17,582 nucleotides of DNA from a bacterium (lineage in GTDB: Bacteria; SZUA-182; DTGQ01): assembly GCA_040752695.1 (NCBI GenBank), contig JBFMGO010000120.1, positions 1 to 17,582 on the forward strand, read 5' to 3'. The notes below the pieces were generated by a model. The model saw only the letters and a list, made by a program, of their open reading frames with translations, had not been told where the DNA came from and made no database searches. A program made the translations under genes and the position numbers. Every line of letters starts with the position of its first letter. Position 1 is the stretch's first letter. Below are positions 1 through 7,958 of the stretch, piece by piece.

Positions 1-1
1 A

Positions 2-127
2 TGGTTGGCTTAACTACTGGTAGGCTTTCTTGATTCATAGATTATCCTCCCTTATCTTATTCTCTTGGATAACCTATGATAATGCTTTCTTATCTAATTT
101 TCATGCACGCTTACCGGAAGCACACAA
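2..127 (-). repeat. 126-bp inverted repeat, left copy (probable end of an IS-like element)
   Basis: Exact reverse complement of 17457..17582; identity stops at 128 vs 17456; interrupts the portal ORF. Confidence 0.95.
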
Positions 128-592
128 TCTTCTTTGCTCTATGCCCTTCAATTCCTTAATCCAGACATCTCCTTCCGAGTAATCGTACATGATCTCCGAC
201 ATGGCAAATCCTTTGCCTATGGCATCCGCTAGATCGAGCAGTGCTTCATCGAAATCCTCGATAGAGAGCAGGGCTTCTTTGAGCCAGTCTGCAATTTCCT
301 TCTCCCTGGGGTCGCTGGTCTTGGGCATGATTTCGTAATTCAGTCCGCAAACTGCTAATTTTCTGGTTTGCAGCACACTGGCCAGGTGCAGGTCTTTTTC
401 CTCGAACTCCATAAAAAGCTCAGACTGCTGTCTTATGTCACCGGCGTCGGCAGCTTCGAAGATAGATGTCAAATCTTCCGGAGTGAGCCCATGTGAAGGA
501 TGCATATAAGGAGATAACATCCAACTCGGCTGGACTACGGGCTTCAGCAGAGCTGATTTTATTTTCGTGGTTAAATTTTTGATAATGCCCAT
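128..592 (-). pseudogene. Mu gp29-like portal protein (DUF935), N-terminal part, interrupted
   Basis: Motifs GLTPEDL..IFEAADAGD..QQSELF.E.EEKD.HL.SVLQTRKLAV and DAIGKGFAMSEI are typical of DUF935; the last codons (CASGKRA, stop at 101) come from the repeat. Confidence 0.88.
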
Positions 593-618
593 TCTGTCAC
601 CTTCTGTTCACCCTGATG

Positions 619-1047
619 TCAAAATCCCTTCAGACTGTCGCGGGTAAAGACCTGGCCGCCCGCTGTCAATACCTCTCCCTTGCTGTCCTCGGGAGCAGAT
701 TGCTGCAAATTTCCGATACTGACCGTTCCGTCTGCAATGCGCCTGAGGAGTGAAATGGCGTTTACGTAACGGGCATTGATTGTCTCCGGTATTTCTACTA
801 CTTCCGGCCTTCGTGAATATGCATTGAAGGCAGTAATGTCCACGGACAGCTTTTTGATGATCTGCGGAACAGGGGAGAATGGCACCTCATAGAGCTTCTC
901 GCAATAAGTATCTATTTCAGAATCTGCATCCTTGATGGCCTCGGTAATCCTGTCCTGGTTGATGGTTCCCAGATTCTCGTCATCCGTAAGCTGGATGAGC
1001 TTTTGCTCCGGGATAATTTTTTTTAGATCGTCGATGCTGGAATACAT
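619..1047 (-). CDS. Mu gp36-like head-completion protein (DUF1320)
   Basis: MYSSIDDL...LIQLTD...AIKDADSEIDTY...YEVP...P..IKKLSVDI...RY.NAI.LL..IADG.VSIG matches the DUF1320 pattern. Confidence 0.9.
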   Translation of the reverse strand: MYSSIDDLKKIIPEQKLIQLTDDENLGTINQDRITEAIKDADSEIDTYCEKLYEVPFSPVPQIIKKLSVDITAFNAYSRRPEVVEIPETINARYVNAISLLRRIADGTVSIGNLQQSAPEDSKGEVLTAGGQVFTRDSLKGF

Positions 1048-1326
1048 TTATTCATCCTGCGCTGTCTGTTCTGTCTGTTCTGTAGATGTTATCAAAATCT
1101 TTTCAGCTTCGGTTATCTCTCTATGCGTTGATTCAAACTCTTCCTTCGGACACCATGAGACATACTTATCTCGATATTCAACTATGTATCCAGGCTGTGA
1201 CGACACACCAGCTAAAACTTTACCTCTTGCTTTCTCCATGAATGTGCGGTCATCCATTGGTGCAGCCTTGACTATCTTGGAACTGACGTAAGTCTTCATT
1301 TCTGGATATAAATCATTCTTTCCCAC
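1048..1326 (-). CDS. small phage protein with a K.Y...K.VKA.PM / GY.VEY.D.Y.SW.PK..FE domain
   Basis: GTG start with AGGAG SD; conserved phage domain motif recognisable; abuts the gp36 start. Confidence 0.8.
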   Translation of the reverse strand: MGKNDLYPEMKTYVSSKIVKAAPMDDRTFMEKARGKVLAGVSSQPGYIVEYRDKYVSWCPKEEFESTHREITEAEKILITSTEQTEQTAQDE

Positions 1327-1344
1327 AGTCCTGTCTCCTTCTCC

Positions 1345-2832
1345 TTACCAGGCTCCCCGCCTGAACCTTGACTGCTTTGCTTCAACCCGCTGGTAGCTCA
1401 CGCCCATGCGCTGAGTTTCCACCATGGACTCGGCTGCCTCGAGGGCATCCGGACCATCGTCATGCTCACCATCGGGGAAATCGAGGAGCTGCTCGATCAG
1501 CAGATTCTGGTCTGAGTGATGCTTACGGAATCTGATAATCCCCCTCTCTACGAGAGGGGAAATCCTGCCGACGCGTGTCTCTTTGTTTGTCGAGTGCTTA
1601 ATCCCCTGCAGGGGCAAATGGTAGCCGCGCTCTTTTGCCACCAGTTCAAACGGCACATAGAGAAATTCTCCCAGTGCATTTTCCTCTGCTCCGATCATGA
1701 GGGGATGATACTCTTCATAAAGGTCGTACGTCGCCCTGGCCATAGCATCCGGAGAACATCTCCTGATGAAAGCGTTGAGCACATATATTATCCCCTCCGG
1801 ATCTGCTCCGAGGATAATGATTGCCTTGTAATCATTGCTGGCCTTACTTTCCGATGAAGGATCGAGCCAGCAATATACCCGCAGTGATTTATAAACCAGG
1901 TCAGCTTCCGAATAGGTTTTAATCCACTCTTCCTGGAACATGCGATCTTCGCTCAGGACGCGGTTGCGATATTCCTTGTTGTAGGAGATCGAACCAATGG
2001 CTGCCTTCCTCTTGGCAAGCTTTTCCATCGACCACCTGGCAGGCCATAAGGGGCCAGGGCCTCCATCGGTACCTTTCTCGGCATCGTAAATCTTGCCGGT
2101 GTACTTGGGATCTTCGCAGGTCAGGAAGAAATTCAGTACGCTTTTCTTGGCCAGGATGGTCCCCACATAGGTGAAGTAATAGCCATCGGCCAGGGCAGGA
2201 ATAACGCCTTCCCGCACCCAGTCGATTCTTTCCCTGGTCAGCTTGGGATTCTTGACCGTCTTGTCATTTTCGAAGTCATCGAAGATAACGCGGTCAGGCC
2301 GGTACTGACGGTTACGCAGACCTCTGACCCTGCCCATGGCTCCACGGGCTTTCATCCGTATGCCATTACGGGTGGTAAAATCCTTATCCGACCAGGGGTA
2401 GCCGCGAAGGTCTCCGAAATCCTGCTGTATTCTGGCGTTTTCCTCGATCTCCAGCTTGATGAACATGAGAAAACTTTCTGCCAGGTCCTCCGTATCTGAA
2501 ATCATAATGATAAAATGCCTGAGCTCCAGGCAGATATCACGAAGCGGCACCCCGAAGGAAATCAGCGTGCTCTTGGCGTGTTCACGAGGAGCAGCGATGA
2601 AGGTCGGCTCATCGGGAAGTTCCGAGAACTCTACAAATTCCTGCTGGAAGGGAGCGAACTCGAGGGGAAAATAGTGAGGCAGATACGTCTTGAAAAAGTA
2701 CGCCGGATCTTCCAACGATCTGCGCTTTCTCTCCGCCTTGGCTTTGTCGGAATCGTCAGGGAAGGGAGTTGCCTCCTGGTGGATCTGCTTCCTGAGTTTT
2801 TCTATCTTTCGCCGAAGATCTGCTTTGTTCAT
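1345..2832 (-). CDS. terL: terminase large subunit
   Basis: APREHAKST (Walker A-like), RPDRVIFDDFEND (Walker B), nuclease motifs LDPS...NDYKAI and FPDGEHDDGPDALE. Confidence 0.93.
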   Translation of the reverse strand: MNKADLRRKIEKLRKQIHQEATPFPDDSDKAKAERKRRSLEDPAYFFKTYLPHYFPLEFAPFQQEFVEFSELPDEPTFIAAPREHAKSTLISFGVPLRDICLELRHFIIMISDTEDLAESFLMFIKLEIEENARIQQDFGDLRGYPWSDKDFTTRNGIRMKARGAMGRVRGLRNRQYRPDRVIFDDFENDKTVKNPKLTRERIDWVREGVIPALADGYYFTYVGTILAKKSVLNFFLTCEDPKYTGKIYDAEKGTDGGPGPLWPARWSMEKLAKRKAAIGSISYNKEYRNRVLSEDRMFQEEWIKTYSEADLVYKSLRVYCWLDPSSESKASNDYKAIIILGADPEGIIYVLNAFIRRCSPDAMARATYDLYEEYHPLMIGAEENALGEFLYVPFELVAKERGYHLPLQGIKHSTNKETRVGRISPLVERGIIRFRKHHSDQNLLIEQLLDFPDGEHDDGPDALEAAESMVETQRMGVSYQRVEAKQSRFRRGAW

Positions 2833-2860
2833 TTTTGTTCATTGGTTCCTTTCTATAGCA

Positions 2861-3136
2861 TCAATGAATGGGGAAATTCCATTTTTGGGCAAGTTTCCCA
2901 ATTTTGCTATCAAGGTCATTGATCCTGGTTTGTAACTCTTTTATTCTATCAAGTAAAACTTGAGCTGCCCTGGTATCGAGCGAGGAAATATTTCTGAAAT
3001 CCGGATCAGGCACAGGCATCTTTCTGTGCAGCTCCTGTATCAAAGAGCGGATCTCTAATAACGAAGCATTATGCTGATCTTTTAACTCCTCGAATTCGCC
3101 TCTAGCTAACAGCCTTTCTTGATCCATACTATTCAC
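2861..3136 (-). CDS. coiled-coil hypothetical protein between terS and terL
   Basis: Co-oriented 91-aa ORF with heptad-like helical composition. Confidence 0.7.
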   Translation of the reverse strand: MNSMDQERLLARGEFEELKDQHNASLLEIRSLIQELHRKMPVPDPDFRNISSLDTRAAQVLLDRIKELQTRINDLDSKIGKLAQKWNFPIH

Positions 3137-3179
3137 CTTTCCCCAGGTATGTACCTGCCGTCTTTTCTTATGAATGATT

Positions 3180-3246
3180 GTCGCTCATATATGGTAGCCA
3201 TCACATTCCTTTTTATTAGGTATGTTGCTTTATAAATATGAGCGAC
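3180..3246. repeat. ~65-bp dispersed repeat, copy A, with 11-bp terminal inverted repeat GTCGCTCATAT/ATATGAGCGAC
   Basis: Its reverse complement aligns to 14166..14274 (36/37 identity over one arm plus ATGTGATGGCT and GAGCGA). Confidence 0.85.
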
Positions 3247-3251
3247 GATTG

Positions 3252-3758
3252 TTAAGGCGTTATCCCCTGCAGGAAAGCATCGACCTGCTTCAGAATGCTT
3301 TCCCTGGCTCCCCTGTCTTTAACTTTGGTTTGAACAAAAGTAACGAATTCCTCCATGACTGCCGGAGCGGAGAATAAGACATCTCCGGTTTCATGGAGGC
3401 TTTTTTCCAGTTCCGCTATTGCCTTGACTATGCTTGTGTAGGCGTACGTAGCGCGATTATCAATTTCCTGAGAAGAAGAAAAATAAGCGTCATATCGCTC
3501 CTTTTGAGTAATGAGATCCCGCAGGGCTTTCTCCCGTTGCGAGAGCCTGGTGGCCTGCATTTGTGCCTCTTCGGCATCAGCTTTCTGAGCCCTCTCCCTC
3601 CATCCAAGCTGCTCTGCCCAGGAGTAAAGCGTCGGCCTTGTAATGGCATAGCCGAGTTTATCCAGCTCTCTGGCAGCGGCATCGATGTTTTGACCGAGCT
3701 TACGCCAGGTGTGAAAAGCAAGATTTTTTATGTCAGAGTCATATGTTACCCTGGCCAT
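3252..3758 (-). CDS. putative terminase small subunit (N-terminal HTH)
   Basis: HTH-like NIDAAARELDKLGYAITRPTLYSWAEQLGW followed by helical region; Mu gp27 position upstream of terL. Confidence 0.7.
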   Translation of the reverse strand: MARVTYDSDIKNLAFHTWRKLGQNIDAAARELDKLGYAITRPTLYSWAEQLGWRERAQKADAEEAQMQATRLSQREKALRDLITQKERYDAYFSSSQEIDNRATYAYTSIVKAIAELEKSLHETGDVLFSAPAVMEEFVTFVQTKVKDRGARESILKQVDAFLQGITP

Positions 3759-4102
3759 TACCAGGCAACCCCGCCATTCGTCAGAATTCCATCCAGTAAA
3801 TCGATTCCCTCTGCCGTAATGTTATAAATAAGAGCCCCTAAAGATGGGCCTCCGACTTCTGCCTTTCTGATGTAGCCACGGTCTTCCAGATACTTCAATT
3901 CAGCTCCGACCTCTTGCTCCGTTGCAGTCATGCCAAGATCGTCCAGAGCAAACCAGATGACTTTTCCGTCAACCGCATTAGGATTTTCACTCTTTAATAT
4001 CTCCAGAATCCTCTGCCTCATCAGTCTGTGTTTATGCTTTTTAACTGACTGCTCGATAGTTACTGCCGGCTGTTTTGATGCTGCCTGTCGGCTCTCTTCC
4101 AT
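3758..4102 (-). CDS. winged-helix protein, Mu gp26-like
   Basis: R..IL.IL...L.YLED.GYI...IT.EGIDLLDG.....GV motif; stop overlaps the terS start (TAATG); typical position before terS in Mu-like phages. Confidence 0.75.
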   Translation of the reverse strand: MEESRQAASKQPAVTIEQSVKKHKHRLMRQRILEILKSENPNAVDGKVIWFALDDLGMTATEQEVGAELKYLEDRGYIRKAEVGGPSLGALIYNITAEGIDLLDGILTNGGVAW

Positions 4103-4136
4103 TGCTCTTGTTTCTCCTTCAGGTTCAATTAAAACT

Positions 4137-4406
4137 TTAAAACTTACTGACGATGGTTTTAAGCAAAATCAGCATCTCCCGATGCTCGGTGGCCTCTTTC
4201 TCCGACCTGGCTGCCATTGTCTGCTGTAACTCTTTCAACACCTTTGTCTGCTCCTCGATTCTGGCTGCATAGGTCTGGATAATGTAAGGGATGAATTTCC
4301 GGCTTAACAGGTACAAACCAAAAAGTATGATTAAGGCTGGGCCCCACCAGAAAAGTGTTGCCAGAAATACCGGATTGTTGAGAATCGTGTTGAAATTTAC
4401 ATACAT
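4137..4406 (-). CDS. small membrane protein (one TM segment + coiled coil), Mu gp25 position, possibly holin-like
   Basis: Hydrophobic FLATLFWWGPALIILFGLYLL followed by a charged helix; SD GAGGG upstream. Confidence 0.65.
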   Translation of the reverse strand: MYVNFNTILNNPVFLATLFWWGPALIILFGLYLLSRKFIPYIIQTYAARIEEQTKVLKELQQTMAARSEKEATEHREMLILLKTIVSKF

Positions 4407-4481
4407 GGCTTTTTCCCTCGCTTCTCCTTCTTCGATATGATCTTTTGCCCTTCCTGCTGTTCGAAAAGATCACTCAATTAA

Positions 4482-4513
4482 ATTATAACCGAACCGCCCA
4501 AAATTTTGTGCAA
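4482..4513 (-). promoter_or_regulatory. candidate late-operon promoter (perfect -10 TATAAT, TTGCAC 20 bp upstream)
   Basis: Plus-strand ATTATA 4482-4487 and GTGCAA 4508-4513; the non-optimal spacer would fit an activator-dependent promoter; motif match only. Confidence 0.3.
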
Positions 4514-4548
4514 ATCCTGCTAAATGCCGAACATGGGAGCACAAAAAT

Positions 4549-4695
4549 ATGAAAAAAAGTGATATCCGCTTTGCTACAATTTCAGAAGACAGGGGCCGTC
4601 CGTTGGTTATTTACATTGATCAAAGAGGAGGAAATTATGATGAAGTGAGGGTTGAAAGTTCAATCGAGCCGGGCAGCCTTAATGCTGCCTGGTGA
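4549..4695 (+). CDS. 48-aa small protein not in the ORF track (MKKSDIRFATISEDRGRPLVIYIDQRGGNYDEVRVESSIEPGSLNAAW)
   Basis: GGGAG SD at 4535-4539, ATG at 4549, TGA at 4693-4695; co-oriented with the downstream plus-strand genes. Confidence 0.45.
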   Translation: MKKSDIRFATISEDRGRPLVIYIDQRGGNYDEVRVESSIEPGSLNAAW

Positions 4696-4777
4696 TGGTT
4701 AGGTCAGGCATTACCAAAATAGTAATCTTGCAAAACTATTTAATAAAACACACACTTTTGATTTTGAAAGGTAGATC

Positions 4778-5707
4778 ATGAAAAAGGTTATTTTTTCACT
4801 TCTTGCAATACTTCTTTTGTGTCGTTCCGTCTTTTTGTGCTCTCCCGTTTCCGCTCAAAGAGCGTATTTTAAATTCAGCACCCCTTTAGGGAATGAATAT
4901 TATGGCTACGAGCTCCAATTTCCTGACAACACACTTTCGTCTATTGGATACAGAAAAATATCCTTCGATATTGGCCTGAGCTATGACGATGCCAATAATG
5001 TCGTATCAACTCCCGGCACCTTATCCGCAAAGACATTACGACTTCAGCCATCAGCGACACAAAACATCTTCACTGCAAGCAGCACAATCCTGGCCAATGC
5101 ATCGGTGGTTTCCCTCGATCCCAATGCAGATCACGTTCTGACATCAACCCCCACCATCGCCGATGGATCGGCAGGTGCCCTGCTTTATCTGACATGCGCC
5201 AACAATGAAACCCATAAGGTAACCCTGCAGGACCAGGACACCCTTGCAGGGAGCAATCTGCAACTCAGTGCCTCGACAAGAGACATAACCGGTAAGGCCC
5301 CGTTATTGCTGCTTTTCGATGGAACCGACTGGGTGGAACTCACTCAGGGCAGTTCATCATCATCGCTCTATAAAATAATGACCGATCCCGGAGATAACTA
5401 TTACATAACCCCCGCCAATTGCACTGATAGCTATATTATCACCAATAACGGAGCAGGTGCGGCACGGACATACCAGATTCCCAATGCCGACACGGTCGGT
5501 CTCCCCGTGCGTGTAATGGCAACCGATGCATACGCCATCAATCTCGATCCCAATCGCGTATCTGATCAGATCGAAGGGTTGACCAATAATCCTGGAGATA
5601 AAATATCCAGCTCAGGTACTGCCGGTGACTGGATTCAATTGATCTGTGTCGAGATGGGAAAATGGAGGGAAATGGGCAGGAGCGGATCATGGACGGATGC
5701 GAATTGA
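4778..5707 (+). CDS. exported protein (Sec-type signal peptide) with phage tail-fibre-like beta-rich domains
   Basis: MKKVIFSLLAILLLC...VSA signal peptide; S/T/N/G-rich; modules TLQDQDTLAGSNLQL...LLLFDGTDWVE and YAINLDPN..DQI.G...GDKISS.G.AGD.I.L.C...G.W resemble phage fibre modules. Confidence 0.8.
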   Translation: MKKVIFSLLAILLLCRSVFLCSPVSAQRAYFKFSTPLGNEYYGYELQFPDNTLSSIGYRKISFDIGLSYDDANNVVSTPGTLSAKTLRLQPSATQNIFTASSTILANASVVSLDPNADHVLTSTPTIADGSAGALLYLTCANNETHKVTLQDQDTLAGSNLQLSASTRDITGKAPLLLLFDGTDWVELTQGSSSSSLYKIMTDPGDNYYITPANCTDSYIITNNGAGAARTYQIPNADTVGLPVRVMATDAYAINLDPNRVSDQIEGLTNNPGDKISSSGTAGDWIQLICVEMGKWREMGRSGSWTDAN

Positions 5708-5717
5708 GGGAACGACT

Positions 5718-7877
5718 ATGAAAACGTTAAAAATATCTATTATTATCTGCTCTGTCATTCTGTTGTCAAATGGATATGGCTATTCAGCCATTCGTTACGT
5801 CTGGTCAGGGGGGAGCAACACATCTCCATTTGATTCGTGGGCAAAAGCTTCGACGACGATACAAAATGCTCACACGGGGTCACAACCAGGGGATACAATC
5901 GAAATCGCTGCTGGTACCTATTCGAACGGTTCGAATTCAACCCTGACAGTCACAATAAACAACCTGATAATTAAAACAACATCTGATCCTACTCATACCG
6001 GAACGGTTATTTTGAAAAATAGTAATGCGTATACGACAGTTTTGGTGACAGCAACTGGATTAACCCTCCAGGGGACAAACGAACATCCAATGCGTATCCT
6101 ATATACAGGATCAAATCAATCCCGGTACACTATCGGTGTTAATCCAAACTTTTCAATGACTGGCAGATACCTGGACTGTAACACCAGCAACACGGCCGGG
6201 GCAGCGGTTTTAGCGTTAACAGGAACGACAAATATTTTTTGGCATTGCAATTTTATCAACACAAATTATACATCAGTAACTGCCTATGGCGCCCTCGATA
6301 CCGGAAATTGTTCCAGCACATTCAATTCGTGCAATTTTTGGGGGGGGTATTATGGCATTTACGGCGGGGGGACAGGAACAACCACTGTTAATAATTGTAA
6401 TGTGTTGGGCAGTATTTATAAAATACTCATCATAGACAATGCTACTCGTACGATAAATTGCAATAACTGCGTCCTGGGTGGATCTATTGGAGCCCAACTG
6501 CAATATTGCATCGATGAGGGCCCAGGACAAATCAATCTCAATAGCTGTGCCACGTTTGGAAACTGGTACTATTCAGCACTACCTGGATATCCGGCACAGA
6601 TAACCGCAACCAACTGTATAAGCAATAAATTTCCACAATTCAAGCGACTTGGTAGAGAAGGGGTCATACCGTTTGGCCTCGACGATGTCTGGCCAGTAGC
6701 TGATGTAAGGGCAACGGCTGATGCTCTGAACAAGTATGGAAAGCATATGACCTGGTTTATTAATGTCGCAGCTATGACCCCTGAACACTGGAATTTAGCG
6801 AGAGATCTCGTCCTGGATGGTCATGATATCGGAGGTCATGGATATACGCATACTGAAATGACTTATAATAATGCCATTCACTTCCAATATTTTGGACAGG
6901 GCGGGCCAGCCACAGTCGAATTTACTGCCAGTCGTATCCTGCAATGCAGAACGAGTACCCACGTCGATGAGTTCGACGTCAATACAAATGAAATCGACAC
7001 GCTGGGAGAAATTTTGGACGCCAATCAGCCCAACTGGGCATTCACCAAATCTACAGATGGAGGGCAGGACGCTACATGGATCTATGATTCAGTTTTAGCT
7101 ACTTCTTTAAAACCCATGGGGGCAACAGAAGCCCCTTGCAACCTTGAATTCGATAAGACAGACGACGATTGTACAGACGGATGCGATGGGTTCTACGGAG
7201 ATGAGGTATACGCCGTCAAGAGTAAAATTGAAGATGAAATTCGCACAGTTGTGCCTGGTTGGGAATGCGTGTCATTTGCCTTTCCATTCTCAGCGTATGA
7301 TCCCAATTGTAAAAATGCTGTTCGTACGTCCGGATATGAAATAATGAGAGGAGGTCCCACAGCATCTTTGCGTAATGTAAATATTTTTGATGCTACTAAG
7401 GTCATCGCGTTAGATAATATCGGTGCAACCATCGACGAAGTGGTGAGTAGTGCAAATAACTTAGCCTTTCAAGTCGATCAATTTGGCCTGGGATTATCTG
7501 TCATGATGCACAATACCACCAATTGGACAAAAGCAGGCAGCACATCTTTTTTGGAGGCAATGGTAAAAACTCTCACCGGTTTGAATACGAACGTATGTGA
7601 TTATCGTGAACTGAACGATTTGATAAGACTTTCAGGCAGATGGACTGATGCCGGAGGCGGGATATGGAGCAGAGAATGGGAAAACAATTTTGATTTCTCC
7701 CTCCTCCCCAATTCCCCACTGATTGATACCGGAGCCAATTTAGATTCAGCATTAGAAAATGCTGTTTCGCCACTGAGTATTTGGCCGGCGTCTATTGTCA
7801 CGGAAAGGCAAAACCTCGATGGCCGTTGGGACATCGGCCTTTTTACCTACTCAAAAAGTGGCGCTGTGCCCTGGTAA
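5718..7877 (+). CDS. exported right-handed beta-helix protein with an internal CE4/NodB polysaccharide deacetylase domain and a choice-of-anchor-Q-like C-terminus
   Basis: Start reassigned to ATG 5718 (SD GAGGG; signal peptide MKTLKISIIICSVILLSNGYGYSA); PFDSWAKASTTIQNA..PGDTIEIAAGTY beta-helix cap; CE4 motifs FGLDD, HGYTH, FAFPF, VMMHN; DFSLLPNSPLIDTG...DIGLFTY. Confidence 0.85.
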   Translation: MKTLKISIIICSVILLSNGYGYSAIRYVWSGGSNTSPFDSWAKASTTIQNAHTGSQPGDTIEIAAGTYSNGSNSTLTVTINNLIIKTTSDPTHTGTVILKNSNAYTTVLVTATGLTLQGTNEHPMRILYTGSNQSRYTIGVNPNFSMTGRYLDCNTSNTAGAAVLALTGTTNIFWHCNFINTNYTSVTAYGALDTGNCSSTFNSCNFWGGYYGIYGGGTGTTTVNNCNVLGSIYKILIIDNATRTINCNNCVLGGSIGAQLQYCIDEGPGQINLNSCATFGNWYYSALPGYPAQITATNCISNKFPQFKRLGREGVIPFGLDDVWPVADVRATADALNKYGKHMTWFINVAAMTPEHWNLARDLVLDGHDIGGHGYTHTEMTYNNAIHFQYFGQGGPATVEFTASRILQCRTSTHVDEFDVNTNEIDTLGEILDANQPNWAFTKSTDGGQDATWIYDSVLATSLKPMGATEAPCNLEFDKTDDDCTDGCDGFYGDEVYAVKSKIEDEIRTVVPGWECVSFAFPFSAYDPNCKNAVRTSGYEIMRGGPTASLRNVNIFDATKVIALDNIGATIDEVVSSANNLAFQVDQFGLGLSVMMHNTTNWTKAGSTSFLEAMVKTLTGLNTNVCDYRELNDLIRLSGRWTDAGGGIWSREWENNFDFSLLPNSPLIDTGANLDSALENAVSPLSIWPASIVTERQNLDGRWDIGLFTYSKSGAVPW

Positions 7878-7902
7878 AAGCAAAAGGTGCAAAAGTGCAA
7901 AT

Positions 7903-7941
7903 GCAAAAGGGGACAGATTTATTAAATCTGTCCCCTTTTGC
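7903..7941. terminator. 19-bp-arm palindrome GCAAAAGGGGACAGATTTA-T-TAAATCTGTCCCCTTTTGC between convergent genes; bidirectional terminator and/or REP-like element
   Basis: Perfect inverted repeat lying between stops at 7877(+) and 7959(-). Confidence 0.7.
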
Positions 7942-7958
7942 TTTAATTGCGGCCGCAC

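Noticed and set aside
2..127. Terminal repeats as true ends of a linear replicon or as Mu attL/attR
   Set aside because: They cut through the portal and transposase ORFs, contain an outward-running gene start, and their length matches a common assembler k-mer
3180..3254. Integron attC site (TAAC at the stop codon followed by an inverted repeat)
   Set aside because: No matching GTTRRRY at the distal end in either copy and no integrase or cassette array
4623..4648. Strong SD followed by mini-ORF MMK*
   Set aside because: Lies inside the 48-aa ORF 4549..4695 and is explained by its Arg-Gly-Gly codons
5646..5717. ORF-track N-terminal extension of the 743-aa protein
   Set aside because: Overlaps the upstream gene; SD and signal peptide point to ATG 5718
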